Assembly (NCBI GenBank): GCA_023249255.1
Contig: JAHFCY010000006.1
Span: 1 to 32,675 of the forward strand
Length of the DNA: 32,675 nucleotides
DNA from: Candidatus Lindowiibacteriota bacterium
GTDB taxonomy: Bacteria; Lindowbacteria; 2-12-FULL-62-27
Direction of reading: 5' to 3'
Below the pieces are notes generated by a model. It did no database searches. It worked only from the letters and a program-made list of their open reading frames with translations, and had not been told where the DNA came from. Of this stretch, positions 17,388 to 26,294 are shown in pieces (positions within the stretch are counted from its first letter, which is position 1; each line of letters opens with the position of its first letter). A program made the position numbers and the translations under genes.

Positions 17388-18937
17388 CGACTCCGGACTC
17401 ACAGAACCATTACCGCCGAAAAATCAAAACCCGCAAGGAATTGCAGGAGATCATCGGTGCGCGGCCGCGGACCCGCTCCGTCATCCTGTGCCACGGCACG
17501 TTCGACCTCGTCCATCCCGGCCACATCCGGCATCTCATGTACGCCAAAACAAAAGCGGACATTCTCGTAGCGAGCCTCACCAGCGACGCGTATATAACCA
17601 AGGCCAATTTCAGGCCGTTCGTCCCGCAGGATCTGCGCGCGATGAATCTGGCGGCGCTCGAAATTGTCGATTACGTCCTCATCGACTACAGCGCGACTCC
17701 TCTCGAAGCCATCCGGGATCTACAGCCCGACTTCTACGCCAAGGGATACGAATATTCGGAAGGCGGGGTCCATCCGAAAACCCGCGAGGAGATCGAGGCA
17801 TTGGACGCCTACGGCGGCGAGATCATCTTCACTCCGGGAGACGTCGTGTTTTCGTCGTCAGCCTTCATCGAGAGCGGACTGCCGGGCCTTGCGACCGAAA
17901 AACTCGGGACACTCATGGAATCCGAAGGCATGACATTCGATTCCCTGCGAAAAGCGCTGGCCGGATTCAAAGGCGCACGCGTCCACGTCCTCGGAGACAC
18001 CATCGTCGATTCCTACACATACTGCACGACGATCAGCAGCGGGTCCGTCAAGACACCGACGTTGAGCGTCAAATACGAGCGTCATGTCGATTTTGCCGGC
18101 GGGGCGGCAGTGGTCGCACGGCATGTCGCCGCGACCGGCGCGGCGGTACGGTTTTCCACAGTTCTCGGCAGGGATCCGCTCAAGGACTTTGTCGTGCAGG
18201 AAATCGCCAAGGCCGGGATCGAAAGCGATTTCGTCGAGGATTCCACGCGGCCCACCACGCAAAAAAATGTTTTTCTCTCGGACGGATACCGTCTTCTGAA
18301 GTTCGATAAAGTGGATAACCGGCCGATTTCCGATCGGATTTTGGACAAACTCAAGTCGAGCCTGTCCTCGAGCAAGGCCGACGCGTTCATCTTCAGCGAT
18401 TTTCGCCATGGAATTTTCAATCACGAGAGTATTTCACAACTGACCGCCGCTTTGCCCAAAGGGCCGATACGCGTGGCCGACAGCCAGGTGGCCAGCCGCT
18501 GGGGCAATATTCTCGATTTTCAGGAATTTGATCTGCTGACGCCGAACGAGCGCGAGGCGCGATTTGCGTTGGGCGATCAGGATTCTGTCGTTCGACCGCT
18601 GGCTCTCGAACTCTACAAACGCGCGCGGTGCAAGACACTGATTTTGAAACTCGGGAGCCGGGGACTCATCACCTACGTTCGTCCGAGCATCGACATCCGG
18701 TCGTTTTTCACGGTCGACAGTTTTGCCGCGAAAGTGGTGGACGCGATGGGGACCGGGGACGCGCTGTTGGCGTACGCAACATTGTCGCTGGTGTCGACCG
18801 GCTCGCCGGTCATCGCGTCGATCCTCGGCTCCGTGGCCGCCGCCGTCGCGTGCGAGCGCGAAGGCAATGTGACCGTCACTCCGGCGGACATTCTCGACAA
18901 ACTGAATTCCATCGAAAAGAAACTCAATTTTTCGTGA
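17384..18937 (+). CDS. Bifunctional nucleotidyltransferase (RfaE-II-like) plus PfkB sugar kinase (RfaE-I-like); HldE-like with reversed domain order
   Basis: 517 aa from ATG 17384 (ATGA overlap); N-terminal GTFDLVHPGH (HxGH); C-terminal GGAAVVA, TPNEREA, VDAMGTGD. Confidence 0.88.
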   Translation: MTTPDSQNHYRRKIKTRKELQEIIGARPRTRSVILCHGTFDLVHPGHIRHLMYAKTKADILVASLTSDAYITKANFRPFVPQDLRAMNLAALEIVDYVLIDYSATPLEAIRDLQPDFYAKGYEYSEGGVHPKTREEIEALDAYGGEIIFTPGDVVFSSSAFIESGLPGLATEKLGTLMESEGMTFDSLRKALAGFKGARVHVLGDTIVDSYTYCTTISSGSVKTPTLSVKYERHVDFAGGAAVVARHVAATGAAVRFSTVLGRDPLKDFVVQEIAKAGIESDFVEDSTRPTTQKNVFLSDGYRLLKFDKVDNRPISDRILDKLKSSLSSSKADAFIFSDFRHGIFNHESISQLTAALPKGPIRVADSQVASRWGNILDFQEFDLLTPNEREARFALGDQDSVVRPLALELYKRARCKTLILKLGSRGLITYVRPSIDIRSFFTVDSFAAKVVDAMGTGDALLAYATLSLVSTGSPVIASILGSVAAAVACEREGNVTVTPADILDKLNSIEKKLNFS

Positions 18938-19854
18938 GGACAGTCGTCGTCGGCCTCGGGCTGCAGGGCCATAAACGTGTGGCGGCGGGGGGGAAGGACA
19001 TTGTTGCCGCCGTTGATCCCGTCGCGGACGGAGCAAAATACAAACGCATCGAGGACGTGCCGCTCGCCGACTTCGATGCGGCCATGGTGAGCACGCCTGA
19101 TGACGCCAAACTCCCACTGATTCGATATCTTCTTTCGAACGGCAAACACGTCCTCGTTGAAAAGCCCCTGCTCGCAAAGGATCCGGCGGTCTTTGCGGAA
19201 TTGGACGCCCTTGCGCGCTCGAGACGTGTCACGTGCTACACGGCTTACAACCACCGATTCGAGCCGAACATCGCGCAGATCAAACCATCTCTCGATCAGA
19301 ATTCGATCGGCCGTGTTTATCTGGCAAAATTCCATTACGGCAACGGAACCGCGCGCGATTTCAAAAATTCTCCTTGGCGGGATCGCGGCACGGGCGTCGT
19401 GTCGGACCTCGCCTCGCATCTTCTCGACCTCACGAATTTCTTTTTCGGCAATCAGGACGGGCGCTCGTACAGCGCCTCCTGCCTCAACCGATTTGAAAAC
19501 AACGCCTACGATCACGCCATCCTCGTCAGCCGCGGCCTGCCTGTCATTGAACTTGAGATGTCACTCATCTGCTGGAAAAATACGTTCACCATTGATTTTT
19601 TTGGCGAACTCGGAAGCATCCATGCGTTTGGCCTCTGTAAATGGGGTCCGACCACCCTGACGATTCGAAAGCGTGTGTTTCCAAGCGGGAAACCGGTGGA
19701 AGACGTCGAGCGATTCGAGGGACCCGATCCCACATGGGTCAAAGAATTTGAACATTTCAAGGCGCTCTGTCAAACCGGTGTGACGTCTCTCGACAATGAC
19801 AGACGGATCGATTCCATTCTGCACCGGATTCCGGAGCGGGAGGAGTCGGCATGA
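18934..19854 (+). CDS. Gfo/Idh/MocA family oxidoreductase
   Basis: 306 aa from GTG 18934 (GTGA overlap); GLGLQG, HVLVEKP, YNHRF, DLASHLLD. Confidence 0.92.
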   Translation: MRTVVVGLGLQGHKRVAAGGKDIVAAVDPVADGAKYKRIEDVPLADFDAAMVSTPDDAKLPLIRYLLSNGKHVLVEKPLLAKDPAVFAELDALARSRRVTCYTAYNHRFEPNIAQIKPSLDQNSIGRVYLAKFHYGNGTARDFKNSPWRDRGTGVVSDLASHLLDLTNFFFGNQDGRSYSASCLNRFENNAYDHAILVSRGLPVIELEMSLICWKNTFTIDFFGELGSIHAFGLCKWGPTTLTIRKRVFPSGKPVEDVERFEGPDPTWVKEFEHFKALCQTGVTSLDNDRRIDSILHRIPEREESA

Positions 19855-21146
19855 TCGGATTTTCGGGATTGTCACATCTGGGCATCATATCGAGCATTGC
19901 GCTTGCTTCCAAAGGACACGATACGGTCATTGCGTTTTCCCCGGACGACGCGCTCTGCCGGGACCTTTCGCATGGTCGATTCCCGATTTACGAAAAGGGC
20001 CTGGCGGAACTGTTTCGGGACCACGTCGGAAAAATTCAGTTCACGTCCGACCCGGCGGCGCTCAAATCCTGCGCAGTGGTTCATCTCTCCCTCGACATCG
20101 CGACCGACGACCAGAACCGCGGTAATCTCGACCGCTTTCAAAGCCTGTTCGAATCGACCGTCGACTCGCTCACTGCGGACACCGCGCTCGTGGTGATGAG
20201 CCAGCTTCAGCCGGGTACGATGCGGCGTCTTGCGAGAAGGATTCAAAAAATGCGGGCGGAACGAAATATCAATCTCTACTATCAGGTCGAAACACTGATT
20301 TTCGGAAACGCGGTGGAACGCGCACTTAATCCCGAGCGATTCATCGTCGGATGCGAAAATCCAGCGGATGATTTGCCGGCGCCGTACAAAGCCATTCTCG
20401 CCGTCTTTGGCTGTCCGGTATTCCGAATGCATTATGAAAGCGCGGAACTGGCGAAAATCTCGATCAACATCTGTCTGGCCGCGTCACTTTCCGTAGCCAA
20501 CACGATGGCGGAACTTTGTGAATCGGTCGACGCCGACTGGGCGGAAATCATTCCGGCGTTGAAGACGGACCGCCGCATCGGCCCGTACTCGTATCTTGTG
20601 CCGGGACTCGGCATCGGAGGCGGCAACATCGAACGCGATCTGGCGGCGGTCAGCGACATGGCGCAATCTTACGGCACGGACGGCGGAACCGTCGATGCGT
20701 TTTTGTCCAACAGCCGGCATCGAAAAAGCTGGCCGATCGAAATTCTTGAAAAATATCTCCCGCCGAAAACGGACAACCCGAAAGTCGGCATCTGGGGCAT
20801 TGCCTATAAAGCCGACACGGCCTCGACCAAAAATTCTCCGGCCATCGAACTTATCCGGGCGCTCGCGCCACGACAGATAAAGGCGTATGACCCGCAGGCG
20901 AAACTTGATCCGGCAACCGCGCCGACCTGCGTTCAGGTGTCGAGCGCGCGGCAGGCTGTCGAGGGCGTTGACGCGCTGGCGATCATGACGCCGTGGAAGG
21001 AATTCTCGACAGTCGATCCCGCCGAAATAAAGGCGGCCATGTCCGGCCGGATCGTGGTCGATCCATTCGGCGTGCTGGATCGGCCCAAATGCCGGGCCGC
21101 CGACCTTCGGCAATTCGTGCTCGGCGCGCCCATGGAGACGACATGA
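19851..21146 (+). CDS. UDP-glucose/GDP-mannose dehydrogenase-family protein lacking the catalytic Cys
   Basis: 431 aa; PIYEKGL, SAELAKISIN, DRRIG, GIGGGNIERD (canonical GGxC), GIAYKADT...NSP, YDP, TPWKEF. Confidence 0.85.
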   Translation: MIGFSGLSHLGIISSIALASKGHDTVIAFSPDDALCRDLSHGRFPIYEKGLAELFRDHVGKIQFTSDPAALKSCAVVHLSLDIATDDQNRGNLDRFQSLFESTVDSLTADTALVVMSQLQPGTMRRLARRIQKMRAERNINLYYQVETLIFGNAVERALNPERFIVGCENPADDLPAPYKAILAVFGCPVFRMHYESAELAKISINICLAASLSVANTMAELCESVDADWAEIIPALKTDRRIGPYSYLVPGLGIGGGNIERDLAAVSDMAQSYGTDGGTVDAFLSNSRHRKSWPIEILEKYLPPKTDNPKVGIWGIAYKADTASTKNSPAIELIRALAPRQIKAYDPQAKLDPATAPTCVQVSSARQAVEGVDALAIMTPWKEFSTVDPAEIKAAMSGRIVVDPFGVLDRPKCRAADLRQFVLGAPMETT

Positions 21147-22249
21147 CCCGGCCTGTTCCATTTCTCGCGCTGGCGCAGCAGACCCGGGAAATCAAACGGG
21201 AATTACTCGCGGCGGTCGAGGCCGTTCTGGACAGCGGACAATTTATTCTTGGCGAGGAAGTCTCGCGGTTCGAACGTGAATTCGCCAAATATTGTCAGAC
21301 CAAATACGCGTTGGGCATCGCCAGCGGCACCTGCGCCCTGCATCTGGCTCTCGAGGCGGCGGGCATTGGACGGGGAGACGAAGTCATCACGGCGCCAAAT
21401 TCGTTCGTTGCATCCGCATCGACCATCGCCCTCGTGGGGGCCACGCCGGTCTTTGCCGATATCGGCCCTGACCTCAATCTTGATCCAAACCTCGTGGAAG
21501 AGGCGCTCACCCCGAAAACTCGCGCCATCCTGCCGGTTCATCTCACCGGCCGGCCCGCGCCGATGACGGAAATCATGGATATCTCACGGCGGCGGAATCT
21601 GAAGGTGATCGAAGACGCCGCGCAGGCGGTCGGAGCGGCATTGAACGGCAAACGCGTGGGCGGTTTCGGAGACGCCGGTTGTTTCAGCGTTCACCCGCTG
21701 AAACTTCTCCATGCTTGCGGTGACGGCGGAGTCCTCACGACGAACGATCCTGAAATTTACGCGCACATTCAAAAATCCCGAAACCACGGACTGGCCGACC
21801 GCAGCACGTGCGAATTCTGGAGCTACAATTGCCGGCTCGATGAAATTCAAGCCGCCATGCTCCGCGTGCAGTTCAAGCATCTGGCAGATCGGACGGAGAC
21901 TCAGCGGCGGATCGCGCGCCGATACGCGGAACGTCTGCGATCCTGCGTCATGGTTCCGGTGGAGGCTGATGGCGAATACTGCGTGTATCAGACCTACATC
22001 ATCCAGGCAGACCGGCGGGACGACCTGCAGCGGTATCTGGCCGGGCAGGAGATTCAAACTTTCGTCCATTATCCGATCCCGATCCCCCTGCAACCCGCGG
22101 CCCGGACGCTCGGATTTTCACCGAATGATTTTCCGATGACCATGAAAGCCGCTGAACGAATCCTCAGCCTGCCGATTTATCCCGAGCTGACGGACGACCA
22201 GCAGGATTACGTGATCGAGAGCATCCTGCAATTTTATGGAGAGAAATAG
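21143..22249 (+). CDS. DegT/DnrJ/EryC1/StrS family aminotransferase
   Basis: 368 aa from ATG 21143; SGTCAL, EDAAQA, FSVHPLK...GDGG, RLDEIQAA, LSLPIYP. Confidence 0.93.
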   Translation: MTRPVPFLALAQQTREIKRELLAAVEAVLDSGQFILGEEVSRFEREFAKYCQTKYALGIASGTCALHLALEAAGIGRGDEVITAPNSFVASASTIALVGATPVFADIGPDLNLDPNLVEEALTPKTRAILPVHLTGRPAPMTEIMDISRRRNLKVIEDAAQAVGAALNGKRVGGFGDAGCFSVHPLKLLHACGDGGVLTTNDPEIYAHIQKSRNHGLADRSTCEFWSYNCRLDEIQAAMLRVQFKHLADRTETQRRIARRYAERLRSCVMVPVEADGEYCVYQTYIIQADRRDDLQRYLAGQEIQTFVHYPIPIPLQPAARTLGFSPNDFPMTMKAAERILSLPIYPELTDDQQDYVIESILQFYGEK

Positions 22250-22254
22250 ACCTC

Positions 22255-23394
22255 ATGGCGAAGGCCGATACCCGAATGCAACTTAAGTTTTCGTATCTCG
22301 ACCGGCAGTTTGCGAACCCGTCGCCATTTTTTAAAGAATTACGGGAGCTGGTTCGAAGCGGTGAATTTACGCTCGGACCGTACGTCGAAAAATTCGAGGC
22401 GAAGTTTGCGCGGTACATCGGCGTCAAGCATGTGATCGGCACGAATACGGGAACCGACGCGCTGATCCTGTCCCTGAAAGCCGCCGGGGTCAAACCGGGC
22501 GACGAAGTCATCACCGTTGCCAACACGTTCTACGCGACCGTGGGGGCAATTGTTGTCGCTGGGGCCAAACCTGTATTTGTCGACTGCGACGAGCGTTCGC
22601 AGATCGACGTCCGCCAAATCCCGTCAGCGATCACGCCGCGAACGCGCGCGATCCTGCCCGTTCACTGGGCCGGATGTCCGGCGGACATCGAATCGATCAT
22701 CGACATTGCCCGAAAGCGAAAGCTGGCCGTCATCGAGGACGCCTGCCAGGCCACGGGCGCCAAGGTCGGTCGACAATTCGTCGGAACATTTGGCGTCGTG
22801 AACGCCTTCAGCATGCATCCCCTAAAACCCCTGAACGTATGGGGAGACGGCGGGATGATCGTCACAAACGACGATCGCATCGCCTCATGGCTCAGACTCT
22901 ATCGAAACCATGGACTCGTCGATCGGGACCACGTCCAGTTCTGGGGTGTCAATTCCCGCATTCAACCTTTCCAGGCCATCATCGGCGCACGTCTTCTGGA
23001 CGACATGGAAAATCTGATCCGGATCCGGCTTCGAAATGCGCGGCTCCTTGACCGGCTGCTTGCGGATCTGAAGGAATTCGTCTCGACGCCTCCAAGACCC
23101 CGGCGGTACCGCGAGGTCTACACCATCTATCTCGCGCGCGTGAAACGACGGGACGAATTGTTTCGATACCTCAACGACCGGGGCGTCGAAGCCAAGATTC
23201 ACTATCCGATCCCTCTACATTTACAAAATGCGGCGGCGGGGCTAAAGTACAAACTCGGTGATTTTCCGGAGGCTGAACAACAGGCGGGCGAGGTCATCAC
23301 GCTTCCCAGTCACCAGTACATCACGGAGAAACAGCTTCACTACATGGCCGGCTTGATCCGGAAATTTTACGGCAGGGGACGGAACGCGCAGTGA
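22255..23394 (+). CDS. DegT/DnrJ/EryC1/StrS family aminotransferase
   Basis: 379 aa; TGTDAL, EDACQA, FSMHPLK...GDGG, RNHG, HYPIP. Confidence 0.93.
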   Translation: MAKADTRMQLKFSYLDRQFANPSPFFKELRELVRSGEFTLGPYVEKFEAKFARYIGVKHVIGTNTGTDALILSLKAAGVKPGDEVITVANTFYATVGAIVVAGAKPVFVDCDERSQIDVRQIPSAITPRTRAILPVHWAGCPADIESIIDIARKRKLAVIEDACQATGAKVGRQFVGTFGVVNAFSMHPLKPLNVWGDGGMIVTNDDRIASWLRLYRNHGLVDRDHVQFWGVNSRIQPFQAIIGARLLDDMENLIRIRLRNARLLDRLLADLKEFVSTPPRPRRYREVYTIYLARVKRRDELFRYLNDRGVEAKIHYPIPLHLQNAAAGLKYKLGDFPEAEQQAGEVITLPSHQYITEKQLHYMAGLIRKFYGRGRNAQ

Positions 23395-24344
23395 AAACAG
23401 ACGGACAGCGTGAACTGAAAAAACAACTCTATTACCGGATGCTGCTTCTCCGCCGGTCCGAGGAACGCATCGTTGCGAACTATCACCTGCGCGAAATGCG
23501 ATCGCCTCCCCACATGTACATGGGCCACGAAGCCGTCGCGGCCGGTGTCTGCGCCGCGCTCCGGCGCGAGGACGTGATTTATCCATATTACCGGTCACAC
23601 GGATGGTATCTGGCCAAAGGCGGCGATCTCAATGAGATGATTGCAGAACTGCACGGCCGCGCGACCGGATGCAGCCGGGGCTGGGGCGGGTCCATGCACC
23701 TCATCCATATCCCGTCTGGAGTCATGGGCACGACGGCGATCGTGTCCGGCAACATTTCCCACGCCGCAGGAGCCGCGCTGGCGTTTCGAATGAAAGGCCT
23801 GAACGCCATTTCCGTCGCCATTTTTGGAGACGGCGCCACGGAAGAAGGCGTCTTTCACGAGACCCTCAATTTCGCCGCGGTCTACAAACTGCCCATGATC
23901 TTCGTCTGCGAAAACAACATCTACGCGACCAACACGCACATCAAGGATCGGCAGGCCCAAACGGATATTTTCCGGCGCGCCGACGGATATGGGATGCCCG
24001 GGATGAGAATCGACGGGAACGACGTTCTTCGCGTGTATGATGAAACAGGCAGAGCCGTAGAGCGGGCGCGCATCGGTGACGGCCCGACCCTTCTGGAATA
24101 CATGACCTATCGATACCTCGAACACTGCGGGGTCAACGAAGACCTGGAACTCGGGTATCGGACGGAAGACGAAGTCAGGCGGTGGATGTCAATCGATCCG
24201 GTGCATACGGCGGAGAAGTTCGTGTCGGAGCAGGAAAGGAAAAATATGGAAAGCGAGATTTCGGCGAAACTCGACGAGGCATTCGCGTTCGCCAAATCAT
24301 CCCCCTGGCCTGAGACGCTCATTGCTGAGGAGGCCGGCGCGTGA
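23391..24344 (+). CDS. ThDP-dependent dehydrogenase E1 alpha-like subunit
   Basis: 317 aa; GHEA, YRSHG, GGSMH, ThDP motif GDGA...ENN. Confidence 0.93.
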   Translation: MKTDGQRELKKQLYYRMLLLRRSEERIVANYHLREMRSPPHMYMGHEAVAAGVCAALRREDVIYPYYRSHGWYLAKGGDLNEMIAELHGRATGCSRGWGGSMHLIHIPSGVMGTTAIVSGNISHAAGAALAFRMKGLNAISVAIFGDGATEEGVFHETLNFAAVYKLPMIFVCENNIYATNTHIKDRQAQTDIFRRADGYGMPGMRIDGNDVLRVYDETGRAVERARIGDGPTLLEYMTYRYLEHCGVNEDLELGYRTEDEVRRWMSIDPVHTAEKFVSEQERKNMESEISAKLDEAFAFAKSSPWPETLIAEEAGA

Positions 24345-25363
24345 AATTCAGAGAGGCGGTCTGTGATGCGACGAGACTGGCGATGGAAAAAGACTCGTCT
24401 GTGTTCGTCATCGGCGTCGGCATCATCGACCCGCGAAAAGTCTGGGGGACATTGTCTGGAATCCGGGAGCAGTTTGGCGACCGGAGATTCATCGAGGTGG
24501 GGCTTGCCGAAGACGCTCTGACCGGCGTCAGCGTCGGCGCCGCAACTCACGGTCTTCGGCCCATTATCGTGCACCACCGCATTGATTTCGTGCTTCTGAC
24601 CATGAACCAGCTCATCAACCACGCCGCAAAATGGTCTGAAATGTTCGGCCGCCAGCAGAGTGTTCCGCTGGTTGTTCGAGCCGTGGTCGGCCGCGGCTGG
24701 GGCAACGGTCCCCAGCACACGCAGAGCCTGCACGCCCTGTTTTCGCACGTGCCCGGACTCAAGGCGGTTGTTCCGACAAATCCGACCGATGCCAAAGGAC
24801 TCCTGCTCGCCGCGATCGAGGATGACGGCCCTGTGATCTACATCGAGCACCGATGGCTTCATGAAGACGACGCGCCGGTGCCACCCGGGTATTACGTGAC
24901 GCCGCTGGGCAAAGCCGCAGTGGTTCGGACCGGAACAGACGCGACGATTGCGGCTGTGGGACCCATGGTGGCGGAAGCGATGAAAGCCGCGGCAGCGCTG
25001 GAACAAACCGGTCTGTCGGCCGAGGTCCTCGATATGCGGACACTTCGGCCGCTGGACAGCGACACCGTGATTCAATCCGTGGTCAAGACAGGCCGCCTCG
25101 TAGTGGCCGAGGGCGATTGGTCGCCCTGCAGCGTCGGAGGCGAGATCGTCGCGCGGGTTGCGGAACAGGCGCTGTCGGCGCTCAAGGCCGCGCCGGTACG
25201 CATCATGTGGCCCGACATCTGCGTGCCGAGCAGCCAGACCATCGAGGCGAAGTTTTACCCGGGCGCTCGGGAAATTCAGAATGCGGTCATGTCGGTGTGC
25301 AACCATTACTCGCAGGGCCAGACCATCCAGAACACGGTCAAAAAATTCGACGGCCCGTTCTGA
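24341..25363 (+). CDS. ThDP-dependent dehydrogenase E1 beta-like subunit
   Basis: 340 aa; LAEDA...G.A..GLRP, QLINHAAK, GPQH, DAKGLL, DMRTLRPLD. Confidence 0.93.
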   Translation: MKFREAVCDATRLAMEKDSSVFVIGVGIIDPRKVWGTLSGIREQFGDRRFIEVGLAEDALTGVSVGAATHGLRPIIVHHRIDFVLLTMNQLINHAAKWSEMFGRQQSVPLVVRAVVGRGWGNGPQHTQSLHALFSHVPGLKAVVPTNPTDAKGLLLAAIEDDGPVIYIEHRWLHEDDAPVPPGYYVTPLGKAAVVRTGTDATIAAVGPMVAEAMKAAAALEQTGLSAEVLDMRTLRPLDSDTVIQSVVKTGRLVVAEGDWSPCSVGGEIVARVAEQALSALKAAPVRIMWPDICVPSSQTIEAKFYPGAREIQNAVMSVCNHYSQGQTIQNTVKKFDGPF

Positions 25364-25402
25364 TCTTCGACGCCGGAACACTCGACGGCGAATACATGAC
25401 TC

Positions 25403-26155
25403 ATGACTGAAGACATCCATCTCAGCGTCGTAATTCCGGCGTACAACGAAGAGCGGAAAATCGCGGACGACATCCATCTCGCAGAACGTTATTTCAAGAC
25501 ACAGTCATACGGCTGCGAAATCATTGTGGCGGATGATGGAAGCCTGGACGGCACAAGCGATGTAGTTGAATCCATCGCCCGGAATAATCCGCGCGTTCGT
25601 CTTGTTCGTCTTCAGCAAAATCGCGGAAAAGGCGCGGCGGTTCGGGCGGGCATGGAGGCCGCCCGCGGGCGGTTTGCGCTTTTTTCGGACGCCGGAACCT
25701 GCGTGCCGTATGCAAACGTCGAGCGGGGTCTGGATCTGCTCAAGAATGGCTCCGATATGGCCTACGGCACACGGTCTACATCGCAGGCGCACATTCAGCG
25801 GAAACAGCCGATCTACCGGCGGATCGGTTCACGCGTCTTTCATTACATCGTGCATTTCTGGATGGGCCTGACTGACATTTCTGACACCCAGTGCGGATTC
25901 AAGCTTTTCACACAGCGCGCCTATCGTGACATTTTCAGAAATATCATGACGGATGGGTTCATGTTCGACTCCGAGACGTTTCTCTATGCGCTCTGGCGCG
26001 GCTACACCATCCGTGAATTTCCCGTCGAATGGTCGAATGACCCCGACACGCGGTTCAAGCCGTTTGGCGGGAGCATCCGGAATTTCAGGGAACTCGTGGC
26101 GATCAGGCGAAGGATGCGCCAGTTGCGATCCGGGAAAATTCAGATTCAAAGATGA
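25403..26155 (+). CDS. GT2, dolichyl/polyprenyl-phosphate glycosyltransferase family (ALG5/DPM-like)
   Basis: 250 aa; VIPAYNEE, DDGSLD, NRGKGAAVRAG, DTQCGFKLF, FDSE, PVEW. Confidence 0.92.
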   Translation: MTEDIHLSVVIPAYNEERKIADDIHLAERYFKTQSYGCEIIVADDGSLDGTSDVVESIARNNPRVRLVRLQQNRGKGAAVRAGMEAARGRFALFSDAGTCVPYANVERGLDLLKNGSDMAYGTRSTSQAHIQRKQPIYRRIGSRVFHYIVHFWMGLTDISDTQCGFKLFTQRAYRDIFRNIMTDGFMFDSETFLYALWRGYTIREFPVEWSNDPDTRFKPFGGSIRNFRELVAIRRRMRQLRSGKIQIQR

Positions 26156-26164
26156 AACCCAAGG

Positions 26165-26286
26165 GCCACACACAGACAAACACCAACAGTCACGGGTATC
26201 CACCAGTGATATCTTCTGACCATTTTTTGCGCGCAATGCACGCATCCTGTGTTCGTCTGTTCATGTCTGTGATCGTCTGTGTGTGG
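26165..26286. repeat. Intergenic imperfect palindrome built of ~10-bp units (copy 2)
   Basis: ccacacacagac (26166-26177) is the exact reverse complement of gtctgtgtgtgg (26275-26286); right arm has nnnnGTCTGT three times at 10-nt spacing; 17/19 identity to the 5' end of copy 1. Confidence 0.75.
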
Positions 26287-26294
26287 TATTTTTT

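Noticed and set aside
23391-25363. Housekeeping pyruvate dehydrogenase pdhAB
   Set aside because: No E2/E3 genes nearby and the pair is translationally coupled within a sugar operon; symbol withheld.
24107-25477. 456-aa minus-strand ORF
   Set aside because: Antisense shadow of the E1 alpha/beta genes; no motifs; expected in GC-rich DNA.
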